A stretch of 64,000 nt of DNA from Selaginella moellendorffii (taxonomy: Eukaryota > Plantae > Lycopodiophyta), in contig NW_003314334.1 of NCBI RefSeq assembly GCF_000143415.4, positions 814,108 through 878,107 of the forward strand. Direction: 5' to 3'. The translations under genes were made by a program, and so were the position numbers. Numbering within the stretch: the first letter of the stretch is position 1; each line of letters starts with the position of its first letter. The notes under the pieces are model-generated. The model saw only the letters and a program-made list of their open reading frames with translations, was not told the DNA's origin and made no database searches. Below, one piece after another: positions 48,044 through 57,742 of this stretch.

Positions 48044-49262
48044 TTCTTCTCGTCCGATTTGATTGACTGGGCGAGCTCCTCCTTCTTCCGCAGCTGCTCC
48101 TCCAGGAGTTGCTTCTCCTTTGCCTGCTTCTGCTGGGCGAGCTGGAAAATCCAAGGAGAAGATGAAAGAAGAATGAGGGAAGGAAAGCAATGAGACTTGC
48201 GATACTTACTTGCAAGCGCTCCTCGTTGTAGCGCGTTCTGAGTGCCATCATCGTCTTGTGCTGCTCTTCCTTGAGCGCTGCAATCCTTTCTCCTATTTTC
48301 ATCTGAAGGCCTTGCTCGCTGAGAAGCCTCTCAAACTTCCTGAGATCAATCAAAGAAAGGGAAAACACAGAGCATAAGTATCCTCGACAAAGAATGAAAA
48401 CTTAACTGGAGCTCCTTGTTGCGAGAGTCTATGTTTTGCTGCAAAGATTTCTCCTCCCTCTGGTATTTGGCGATCTCCGCGTCGGTCTCCTCACGCTTTT
48501 TCTTCAGGCTCTCAAAGAGCTCCTCGTTTTCTCGGCGGCAGCTCCGGAGCACCATCTCCCGCTGGGCCTCGAGCTGTGACCTTCGCTTCTTCATCTGGAA
48601 AACGAAAGACAAGATCAAAACAACGAGAGCCCATCGAAATCCTACCTCACGCTCATGTGCCTCCTTGATTTCTCTTCGGAGGCGTTTCTCCTTCTCCATT
48701 TCTTCCTTCTTTCTCGCCAGCTCTTCCTGCAAAATCGCTGCCTTTTGGCTGTCGTTGTGGAGCGCGCTCTCGGCAGCGTCATTCTCTTGCTGGAGTTGGC
48801 TCTGGAGCTGCTTTGCGCGCTCATACTCCTACAAAGGCTTGCGGCGCTCAAGGAAGAGCAGCACAAGACGATGATGGCACTCAGAACACGCTACAACGAG
48901 GAGCGCTTGCAAGTAAGTACCGCAAGTCTCATCCCTTTCCTTCCCTCATTCTTCTTTCATCTTCTCCTTGGAATTTCCAGCTCGCCCAGCAGAAGCAGGC
49001 AAAGGAGAAGCAACTCCTGGAGGAGCAGCTGCGGAAGAAGGAGGAGCTCTCCCAGTCGATCAAATCGGACGAGAAGAACGCCAAGAACGAGAACTGTATC
49101 ATCTGCATGGAGAAGTTCTCGTTGCGGCGAGGTCTCTATGGTTGCGGCCACTCGTACGTTTGCGAGGAATGCTTACCAGCGGTATGGGGGGCGAAGAAGG
49201 AATGCCCGATTTGTAGGCACCCGCAGAAAAAAATGCCCATTCTCACCCATGTTTACTCGTAA
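48042..49262. pseudogene. Rearranged partial copy of the XS-RING gene (exons 2-5' inverted, then exon 4-5 forward)
   Basis: 48042-48833 is the reverse complement of about 37280-38073; 48833-49262 is a direct copy of about 37826-38255; the XS exon is absent. Confidence 0.9.
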
Positions 49263-49450
49263 ACTTAGCCAACCTTTTGGCAAGTTTAGCGCTAATCTCA
49301 TGCAAACTTTCTATTGTTTCATCCACGCGATCATGCTGGAGATAAGGTCCCACGAGGGAGTTGCACGCGGTGTTCCATTTCCTCCTTCAAAGGAAAACTA
49401 TAAGCCCATGATATGTGGCAAAGGATCAAGACAACTGAAATGTCGTAGTC

Positions 49451-50098
49451 TTAAGAAAAATTCGACTTAAGGTGGCGGACAATGGACTCATCAAGGAAGA
49501 AAGTTTTGGCCAGCACGTCGTCTCTAATCCCAGATCCGAACAAGGAACTCGCGATAAGCTGCGCTCCAGGGTTCTGCTGCGAGTTGAGGGTGGCGATGGC
49601 CTTGGCCGGAGTGTCGCCCACATTGAGCTGCCAGTGGATGAGCGCGCGGGGGATCACCAAAACATCGCCCTTGTTGAGGATTTTGGCGAAGAGCCTGTTG
49701 TCCTGGGTCACAAAGCCGGCGTACAAGCTCCCCTCCTCGACGTAGACGAGCTCGGACGCGAGGGGGTGCGTGTGTGGAGGAATGAGGCCTCCCACCGCGA
49801 AGTCGAGGCGTAGGATTGCGAAGCCGAGGGTGTTGAGACCCGGGAACGTTTGCACGATGCCTGGGAAGCTGTCGGCTCCGTAAGCGTTGCTTGTGTTGGC
49901 GGGCGTGGCGAGGCTGAAAACGAAGTCGTCGATGGTGGCGGCGTAGTAGTCCTTGCATGGATAGCCGTTGATGGTGAGGTTGAGGGTGAGATCGGCGACG
50001 CAGTAGTCCTGGAGGGGATCGGAATCGGCGGAGTGGCAAGGAAGGATGACTGCTGCGAGTGCCACCATCGCCAATCGCACGAGAATGGATGTAGACAT
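49451..50098 (-). CDS. Germin-like protein type B, copy 2
   Basis: 215-aa ORF, near-identical to 38358-39005. Confidence 0.95.
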   Translation of the reverse strand: MSTSILVRLAMVALAAVILPCHSADSDPLQDYCVADLTLNLTINGYPCKDYYAATIDDFVFSLATPANTSNAYGADSFPGIVQTFPGLNTLGFAILRLDFAVGGLIPPHTHPLASELVYVEEGSLYAGFVTQDNRLFAKILNKGDVLVIPRALIHWQLNVGDTPAKAIATLNSQQNPGAQLIASSLFGSGIRDDVLAKTFFLDESIVRHLKSNFS

Positions 50099-50842
50099 GA
50101 TTGAATCGGACTAATATGAAGAAGAGAAGCTTGTGGAATGGAGGGATTTTCGTTTGATGGAGATTTTATACTCTGGGTGTCGTGTTGTTTCAGCCCAGGA
50201 GAGCCTTCTTGGGTTTTTCAGTTATATCGTGAATAAGTCTACGAGTTCTGAGCAGAAACAGGTTGAAAGAAAATGGTGTTATCTAGGGTGTCATCTCTCG
50301 AAGAACAAGTTACATAGGGGGCTTTGATCACAACAGAAAGAATCCTCGTGAATTTTCTCTTCTTATACAGTTATATCGTGAAGAACAAGTTTACGAGTTC
50401 TGAACAGAAACATAGAAAGTATAGAGAAAGAAACCCAAGCTTGACAAAAGATAAGATTTTTCTTTGTTTGTAACGTGGAAAGAAAATGGTGTCATCTTTC
50501 GAAGAACAAGTTACGTAGAGAGAAAGAAACCAAACTTGATAAAAACGTGGAAAGAAAATGATGTCTTCCTCTCTTGTTTTTTTTAAACACAGAAAATCTA
50601 GAATATAAAGTTGGACTTGTTGTTGGCCTGCACTAACACCACCATTATATAGTATCAAAACTTTCTGTGAACACAAATAATGATCCACTGATGAACTTCG
50701 CTGATTCACTGATTGTGTAAAATTTTCTGAAAAAGCTTGATGCAGGTTCTCATAATATAGTTAGACAATGAAATCGTTTTATAATGAATTCATATACGCA
50801 GCAGCTTGAAACAAAGGATTGGCGATGGCGCGCATAAGTTCG

Positions 50843-50858
50843 AGTTTGGCGCCAAACT
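50843..50858. promoter_or_regulatory. 16-bp palindrome containing E2F-type TTTGGCGC sites on both strands
   Basis: AGTTTGGCGCCAAACT 50 bp upstream of the NYN-C2H2 ATG, followed by a TAGGGTT telo-box-like motif; copy at about 39675-39688. Confidence 0.5.
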
Positions 50859-50907
50859 TCGAAGTTTTAAATTTTAAATCTAGGTCTAGGGCTTTTCTAG
50901 GGTTCTT

Positions 50908-52050
50908 ATGGCTATGGCGTCTTGCTGCTGCGTCCAGCGGCAGGTCCGGGTAAGAAGAGAATGCTGCCGGGCATCGATCGACACAGAGCAGCAGCGCTTC
51001 GCGGTGGCGACGCCGTCGAGGACGGTTTCGATCTTTTGGGATTTGGACAACAAGCCGCCGGCGCTGGCGCCCTTCACGGTGGCGATGCGGCTCAAGAGCG
51101 CGGCGGGCGCGTTTGGGTGCGTGAGGGAGACGATTGCGCTGGCCAACCGCCACGCCTTCATCCACATCCCGGAATGGGTCCGCGAGCAGCGTCGCGAGAG
51201 GAAGATCCTCGACATTCTGGAGAAGACTGGTCGGATCCAGCCGCCGGCGCCCTACGAATGCAATCTGTGCGGCCGCAAGTGCAAGACCAATCTGGATCTC
51301 AAGAAGCACTTCAAGCAGCTCCACGAGCGCGAGCGCGGCAAGAGAATCGCGCGCCTCAACCAGCTCACGGGCAAGCGCCGCGCAAAGTTCCAGTCGGCCA
51401 TCGCCGCCAAGGAGCAGCGGTACCGCGCGGCGTGCAGCGGCGGTATGGGCACGACGGCGCCGCCGGCAGCGGGGTACGGACTCGCCGCCGAGCTGCGCCG
51501 CGCGGGCGTGTCCGTACGGACCGTCTCGGACAAGCCCGACGCCGCGGACGAGGCGCTCAAGCGGCGGATGGAGGCCACGATCTTCGGGGCCGAGGGCAGC
51601 GGCGGCAGCGCAGGAGAGAACTGTGTGTGCCTCGTCTCGGACGATTCGGGATTTGGGGGCGTGCTGCGAGACGCACGGAGGAGGAGAGCTCGGACGGTGG
51701 TGATTGGGAGCTCGGGCTCTTTGCGGCGCTACTCGGACGCTTGGCTCTCGTGGGAGGATGTGATGAGCGGTCTCGGGCAAAGGGACGCCGCTCAAGCGGC
51801 CAAGCAGTGGCTCGCGCAGGACTTGCTAGCGCGAGAGCTTCTCGATGTGGAAGAACTTGCGAGCGATGGTGGCCATCGCCAAGCGCACAGCTACAGGGAG
51901 AGTGGAGAGAATGGTGGGGAGGACTTTCTCGGTTATAGATCGAGGGTCGTCTATCCAGAGTCTTACAGGGAGGAGGAAGAGTTCGAGGAGGATTTCTCCT
52001 CTAGCGATGGTGGCGACGATCAAGAGCTTTTATATAGCGATAGGTTCTAG
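50908..52050 (+). CDS. NYN (PIN-fold) domain protein with inserted C2H2 zinc finger
   Basis: IFWDLDNKPP, CNLCGRKCKTNLDLKKHFKQLH, GYGLAAELRRAGV, KPDAAD, CLVSDDSGF, RTVVIG; intronless; conserved plant family. Confidence 0.88.
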   Translation: MAMASCCCVQRQVRVRRECCRASIDTEQQRFAVATPSRTVSIFWDLDNKPPALAPFTVAMRLKSAAGAFGCVRETIALANRHAFIHIPEWVREQRRERKILDILEKTGRIQPPAPYECNLCGRKCKTNLDLKKHFKQLHERERGKRIARLNQLTGKRRAKFQSAIAAKEQRYRAACSGGMGTTAPPAAGYGLAAELRRAGVSVRTVSDKPDAADEALKRRMEATIFGAEGSGGSAGENCVCLVSDDSGFGGVLRDARRRRARTVVIGSSGSLRRYSDAWLSWEDVMSGLGQRDAAQAAKQWLAQDLLARELLDVEELASDGGHRQAHSYRESGENGGEDFLGYRSRVVYPESYREEEEFEEDFSSSDGGDDQELLYSDRF

Positions 52051-52319
52051 AATGGTGGCGAAAGTAAGATCGAGGACTACTAGTTTCTGTACAGTTGATC
52101 TATTATACTTCTCTCAGCGAGAGTTGGAGTTAAACGATTTTTTAAACCTATTGTCAACTTCGAAATCGTGCTCCTCGATCGATCGAAACTCTAGCTGGCG
52201 TGCTTGACTGGTAGTCCAGGCGGAGACTTTCGATGCTTCCTTCGTGACCATGGGGCCTCGTCATTGCTGGGAGCTTTCGATCGTGCTCTTCCCGATCGAC
52301 CGATCGACTTCCACACGTT

Positions 52320-53451
52320 ATGGACTTCAATGTTTCATCGAGGAGGAGCAGGAGTATCGCAGCAGTTTGCTTCGGATTGCTCCTCCTCGGTGCCTTGATA
52401 TGCTTCTGGAGCTACCCGAATTTCCTGATCATGAGGAACTTCCGAGTGGTGGGGATTGCCAGTGATTCCAAGCAGCAGGAGCAGCAAACTCGGATCGAAT
52501 CCATCGCCAGGAGCAGCAACTTTGTAAGTGTTCTAGCTGGGATCTTCACAGAAACCCTCAAACGTGATCTTTCTATAGAGCGTGGAAGAGCTCTGGAACC
52601 TGGACCAGGTTTTGCGCAATGCAACGATCAAGAACACCAGTACAGTGATCCTCACACCTTTGAATCAAGCGTGGGCTGCTCCAGGCAGCATGCTAGACTA
52701 CCTCTTCGAGAGCTTTCGATCGGGCGAGAACACGAGCAAGTTCCTAGACAGTTTGGTCATCGTTGCCTTGGATCAAGTCGCTTTCGAGCGGTGCCTGGTG
52801 ATCCATCGCCACTGCTTCCAGCTGCGCACTCAAGGAGTGGATTTCTCCGGCGAGAAGTTCTTCATGACGGATGACTACCTCAAGATGACCCGGAGGAAGG
52901 TTTCTTTCCTGGCCGTGGTGCTCGAGCTTGGATACAGCCTCGTTTTCACGGATGGAGATCTCCTCTGGTTCCGAGACCCCTTTCCACACTTCTCCCAAGA
53001 AGCCGAGTTTGAGGTCTCGTGCGATCGATTCAATGGCGACGAGGCCAGCCTCCACAACGGTCCCAACACGGGCTTCCTTCACGTAAAGTCGAGCAATCGC
53101 ACCGTGGAGATGTTTAAGCTCTGGCACAACGCTACCGAGATCCACGCGGAGTCCCATGACCAGGACGTTTTCAACCAGATCAAGTTCAGCGACGAGTTCC
53201 AGAGGATTGGAGCGCGAATAAGGTTCTTGCCATCGAGGATCTTTAGCTCCTTCTGCGAGAGGCCGGATGATCTCGAGAGCTTTTGCACGATGCATGCCAA
53301 TTGCTGCGTGGGGCTCCACGCAAAGATGGAGGATCTCCGGCTTGTGCTGGACGATTGGAAGCGTTTCGAAGCTCAAACCTTGGGAGAAAGAAGATCTGAT
53401 CAATCGAGGGTCTGGTTTCGAGCTCCAGATGCTTGCAAGCGGTCTTGGTGA
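52320..53451 (+). CDS. Nucleotide-diphospho-sugar transferase (GT77-like), type II membrane protein, 2 exons (intron 52524-52578)
   Basis: N-terminal TM; TVILTPLNQAWA, LVIVALD, DYLKM, LELGYSLVFTDGDLLWFRDPF, NTGF, HDQDVFN, TMHANCCVGL. Confidence 0.92.
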
Positions 53452-53464
53452 TCGAACAAATTGG

Positions 53465-53765
53465 TTTTCTCGAGATTGTTTTGTATATTTGACAAGGTTT
53501 GCTGCACAAATTGTTGAAAATGTACGCTAGAAAGAATAATACTACGTTTTCAAAGTGTATGCTATAGTTTTCACGATGGTCTTTTCGAGATTCTTTTGTA
53601 GATTCGACAAGGTTTTGCTGTGCGATCGTTGAAAATGTATGTTAGAAAGAACAATACTATAGTTTTCACGTGGCTTTCTCAAGATTGCCATGGTTTTTCC
53701 GAGATTGTTTTGTAGATTCGACAAGGTTTTGGTTATGTTAGACAGCGATGCTATAGTTTTCACGT
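53465..53765. repeat. Imperfect tandem repeat, about 115-bp unit, about 2.5-3 copies
   Basis: Recurring cgagatt.ttttgta.att.gacaaggttt and gttgaaaatgta.g.tagaaagaa.aatacta motifs between convergent genes. Confidence 0.75.
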
Positions 53766-53848
53766 GAAATCAAGACCTTCAGTCAAGGAAAACGTCCCTA
53801 CCACCTTTACGTATACAAATTTACAACGTGCTCAAGTACAAAGTCAAG

Positions 53849-55903
53849 CTAGCAGTGCGAGAAGAGAAGATACGAAGCCGAAGCTTGGGGATTGACCTCC
53901 ATGGCTTGCGCGGCTGCTCGAGCTCCACGATCTTTGTCTCGGTAGACACGGCACGCCGACAGCAAGCTCGCCCACGCGGATGACTCGGGCACGAAAGGCA
54001 TCGTCTCGAGCAAACTTTCAGCGTCGCAAAGCCTCCCAGATCTCGCGAGAGCGTCCACCACGCACGAGTAGTGATCCCGGATTGGAACAATGCCATAGTC
54101 GGCGATCATAGACACGAATTGATCGCGGGCGATTTGGATCTTCCCAAGATGGCTGCAAGCCGAGAGGATGGTGATGAATGAGACGAGATCGATCCTCACT
54201 CCGCCATCGAGCGTGGCCTCGTGGAAGAGATGAATGGCTTCCTTGTAACGCCCCGTTTGGGCATATGTTTCCATCATCAAGTTCCAGGCCGCAAGATCTC
54301 TCGTGGGCATTGCGGCGAGCACAGCTCGAGCCTCGATCACGCGGCCATTGCGAGCGTAAGCGTGCATCAAACTCGTCCAGCACTGGCAGTTCACGATCTC
54401 CTCCGGGATGCTGTCAAACGATCGCTGAGCCGAGTGGATATCGCCATTGATCGCGTAGCCGGAGAGGATCGCGTTCCAGGTGAAAACGTTCCATTTCGGC
54501 ATCTGGTGCTGGATCTTGAGCGCGTCCTCCATTCTCCCGGCCTGGCCGAGCATCGCGACCAGCAGATTCCACACTATCACGTCCCTTGCGGGCATTTGCT
54601 GGTGGATCGCCATCGCGTGGTCGACATGCCCGTGCTGGGCATAGGAGGCGGCGATCGAAGCCCAGATCACGAGATCCCACTGCGGGGTTCGATCGAAGAG
54701 CTCCTTTGCCAGATCGAGCTGCGCATTCCGGATGAATCCCGTGACAAGAGCGGTGTAGGCAACGATGTTTCTCTGCGGCATTCGATCAAAGAGAAGCTTC
54801 GCTGGGCCCAGGCCCCCGTTTTCCATCAGCCCATCAATCATCGCGGTCCAGGACACGAGATTCCACTCAGGCATCCGGGAAAACATCCTCTCGGCCTCGT
54901 CTATGAATCCATACTGGGCATAGCCTGACACTACCGTTGTCCACGAAACCAAGTTCCTCGTCGCCATCGTCTCAAACACACCTCGGGCCTCTACCAGATT
55001 CCCGATTTGCACGAAAGCTCCCACCAACGCGGTCGATAGCACGAGATCTTTCTCGGGCACAGAGTCGTAAAAGAACTTAATGTCACCAATTTTCCCATAG
55101 TTGGCAATTGCTGGTATTATAGCGGTACAAGTGATTAAATCGTGGCTAGGCATTTGATCAAACAGAGATTTAGCGTTGTCAAATTCTTCCATTCTTGCAT
55201 AGCCGGATACCATGTCCGTCCAGGAGAAAAAGCTTCGTTCTTCCATAGAATCAAACATTTGTTTAGCATTTAGCATTTGCCCACATTGGGCATATCCTCG
55301 AAGCATAGTAGTCCACGACACTCGATCGTGTTGAGGCATCCTGAAAAGCAATTCTTTGGAGTGGTTTAACTCGCCATGTCTCGCAAAGAGATTTAGAAAG
55401 CTTGTCCACACCACGAGATCCCTTCCGGGCATTCTATCAAAGAGTTCCTTGCTTGGATTGATATGCCCGAACTGGGCATACCGGAGGAAGAGCTCTTTCC
55501 ACGACGCGCTGCTCCTCCCGGGCATTGCGTCGAAGACCTGAGTGGCTCGCGAGAGATCACTGGACTGGGAGTAGATCGTGAGGAGCGTGTTCCAGGTGAC
55601 GAGAGTCCGGGGCTTGGATCGGTCGAAAGCGGCGCGGATCTCGTGTGGGTGGTCGGTCTCGGCATTCGCGGACATGGCCTTGCAGCAATGGATCGCCCAG
55701 ATGGGAATGTTGCGCGGCCTCCTCCAGTGCTGGATTCGATCGAGCGTGCTCGCATCCTGATCTCCTTGCTCTTCTTTTTCTTCTTCCACGGCTCCCTTTG
55801 CTTGATCTACTTGTAATACTGCCGCTGCCGTGTGTAGCGATTTGCTCTTGTCGGTGCTTTGTCTCGCTCGATCTAATCCATGCCTTCTAGACACAAATCT
55901 CAT
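53849..55903 (-). CDS. PLS-class PPR protein (31-aa repeat array) ending in a truncated E domain, no DYW
   Basis: Many (MP.RN/DLVSW..) repeats, HYSCVVDALARSGRL, WASLLSACRVY, stop after ASYLLFSHC; start uncertain. Confidence 0.88.
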   Translation of the reverse strand: MRFVSRRHGLDRARQSTDKSKSLHTAAAVLQVDQAKGAVEEEKEEQGDQDASTLDRIQHWRRPRNIPIWAIHCCKAMSANAETDHPHEIRAAFDRSKPRTLVTWNTLLTIYSQSSDLSRATQVFDAMPGRSSASWKELFLRYAQFGHINPSKELFDRMPGRDLVVWTSFLNLFARHGELNHSKELLFRMPQHDRVSWTTMLRGYAQCGQMLNAKQMFDSMEERSFFSWTDMVSGYARMEEFDNAKSLFDQMPSHDLITCTAIIPAIANYGKIGDIKFFYDSVPEKDLVLSTALVGAFVQIGNLVEARGVFETMATRNLVSWTTVVSGYAQYGFIDEAERMFSRMPEWNLVSWTAMIDGLMENGGLGPAKLLFDRMPQRNIVAYTALVTGFIRNAQLDLAKELFDRTPQWDLVIWASIAASYAQHGHVDHAMAIHQQMPARDVIVWNLLVAMLGQAGRMEDALKIQHQMPKWNVFTWNAILSGYAINGDIHSAQRSFDSIPEEIVNCQCWTSLMHAYARNGRVIEARAVLAAMPTRDLAAWNLMMETYAQTGRYKEAIHLFHEATLDGGVRIDLVSFITILSACSHLGKIQIARDQFVSMIADYGIVPIRDHYSCVVDALARSGRLCDAESLLETMPFVPESSAWASLLSACRVYRDKDRGARAAAQAMEVNPQASASYLLFSHC

Positions 55904-56148
55904 CCTATGAACCAAGTTGCAAGAGCTTTGAATGTCTTTGATCGTGAAGTGGGTTGACTTTTCTGGCACCGACCATTTCGCGTTAGTCAACGCCCAGTGG
56001 CTTTTGCGGCGGGGATCGTCAAGATTTCGTTCACATCCGATTCGGTGAGTGATCAAAAGATTAGAACTTGGTTCGCTTTCAAGGAATCATAGAAAGCTCT
56101 TTTTTTTCTTCACTTAGTCTTTTTTTTTTCTGTACACGCAAGGATCGG

Positions 56149-56931
56149 TCATGAAATGTGAGGCCAAAGAATCGGCTCGTCGAATGGATCCTCGTCGTGA
56201 TATTCAATGGCCGCGGCGATGCACGGGAAGGATTCGAGCGGGGCGTCGTCCAGGAGGGCCATGCAATCGTCCAGTGGGAAGCTTGGCATTGGCTGTTCAG
56301 CCGTAACCTCTTGATCGATGATCACGACATGATCATCGTGGATCGAGGGTTCTTCCCTCGGATCTACACAGCCCACACTCTTACTCTCACTCAGACGATC
56401 GCTTGAGATGTCCGTGTTGTCGGTGCTGGGAGTGTCGGTGGCGCTGATCTCCTTGCTCGAGTCTTGCTCGATCTGCTCGAAGAGAGACAATGGCTTGCCA
56501 TCGCAATGCTCGACGAGTGATCCATGGCCAGTGCTATAACTTGGAGCTGCAGCGCTCGTGGGATCGTTCGCTGGAGGAGGATTGCCGGTGCTCGAGATTG
56601 CCATGGCGTTTGCAGCGATGGCGGCAGCGGCCTGGATGGATTTGACAGTGATCCGCGAGAGGCAAGGCAGGCGCGATGGCGAGTCGGGGAAGTTGAGCAC
56701 CGCGGAGGGGCCGCGGAGGTAGAGGAGGCCAACGTCGTAGGCTCGCGCTGCCATCTCCGGCGTTGCAAAGCTCCCCAGCCACACCCGCGTCTGCGTGTGC
56801 GGCTCGCGGATCTCCGACACCCATCGCCCCCACGACCGCTTCCTCACGCCCCGGAACTTGCTGATCTTGCGATGCTGCTTCAAGCGCGATCCATCGCCCT
56901 CCTCGCCAGATCCTTGCTGCTTCAAAACCAT
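56149..56931 (-). CDS. AP2/ERF (DREB subfamily) transcription factor
   Basis: [48 protein letters not shown] motif, acidic C-terminus ending LW. Confidence 0.95.
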   Translation of the reverse strand: MVLKQQGSGEEGDGSRLKQHRKISKFRGVRKRSWGRWVSEIREPHTQTRVWLGSFATPEMAARAYDVGLLYLRGPSAVLNFPDSPSRLPCLSRITVKSIQAAAAIAANAMAISSTGNPPPANDPTSAAAPSYSTGHGSLVEHCDGKPLSLFEQIEQDSSKEISATDTPSTDNTDISSDRLSESKSVGCVDPREEPSIHDDHVVIIDQEVTAEQPMPSFPLDDCMALLDDAPLESFPCIAAAIEYHDEDPFDEPILWPHIS

Positions 56932-57222
56932 GGCGATCCGATTAGTAGAGCTTCTAGAGCTCGCGCAAAATGGGAGGAGAGAACGAGGAGAAGAAAATGG
57001 TCAAAGCTAACTGGTTTCTTCCCACATAAAGGAAGAAGAGAACAAGGTGGAAATATTGGAATATATATTGGTGGGAAGAGCACGCAAGCTCTCCCCAAAT
57101 GTAGGCCAGGTGGTCCAGAAAGTCACAACTACTTTTGTGGACAAGGTAAATTCCATGTTTGCATGTGAAAAACTACGAAGAGCATAGAGCATTGGTAATT
57201 ATATGAAAACTTAACGAGATAT

Positions 57223-57297
57223 TGTTCCCGGCGGGGTTCGAACCCGCCACCTTCGGCTCATAAGACCAACGCTCTCAACCAGCTGAGCTACGGGAAC
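57223..57297 (-). tRNA. tRNA-Ile (anticodon UAU), intronless
   Basis: GTTCCCG..CGGGAAC acceptor stem, A-box TAGCTCAGCTGG, anticodon loop CTTATGA, B-box GGTTCGAACC; TTTT tract downstream. Confidence 0.95.
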
Positions 57298-57742
57298 TCA
57301 GTGAGAGCGGTAATGTTCTTTACGTATGCCCAGAATGGGCATATGCTAAAGAATCTTATATGCCACTTGTTGAATATTCTAAGTTGCGCAAAGAGAGGAA
57401 AAAGTATTTGTTGTCACATAAAAATGAATAATTCTCTTTATACTACATATGTGGGTCTTAACTATCCTATTAAAATAAAATTTAGATTTACGTGTTTGCT
57501 TGATACTAATGTAGGAGTGCAATCTTGCCAGCTCTTCCAAATTAACAGTGTCGAATCTTAATCCATTGACGAAATCTGACCAATGCAAAGACTTCTCGGC
57601 TTCAAAGCCCAGCTACCTGTCTACTTAAAATCGTGATGATATGAAAATTGTGATAGATTGTTAAAAAAGTAAAAATGGTTTACTGTAGCTCGATGGGGGT
57701 AGAAAGTTTTCGCCCTATTGTTTGTTTGCTTGCTTGCTTGCT

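Noticed and set aside
50779-51938. Two 338-aa overlapping ORFs
   Set aside because: Alternative-frame or antisense shadows of the GC-rich NYN-C2H2 gene.
53465-53765. CRISPR-like array
   Set aside because: Eukaryotic context, degenerate tandem units without unique spacers, no cas genes.
57305-57345. YAQNGH PPR-like snippet beside the tRNA
   Set aside because: Too short to support a gene or pseudogene call.
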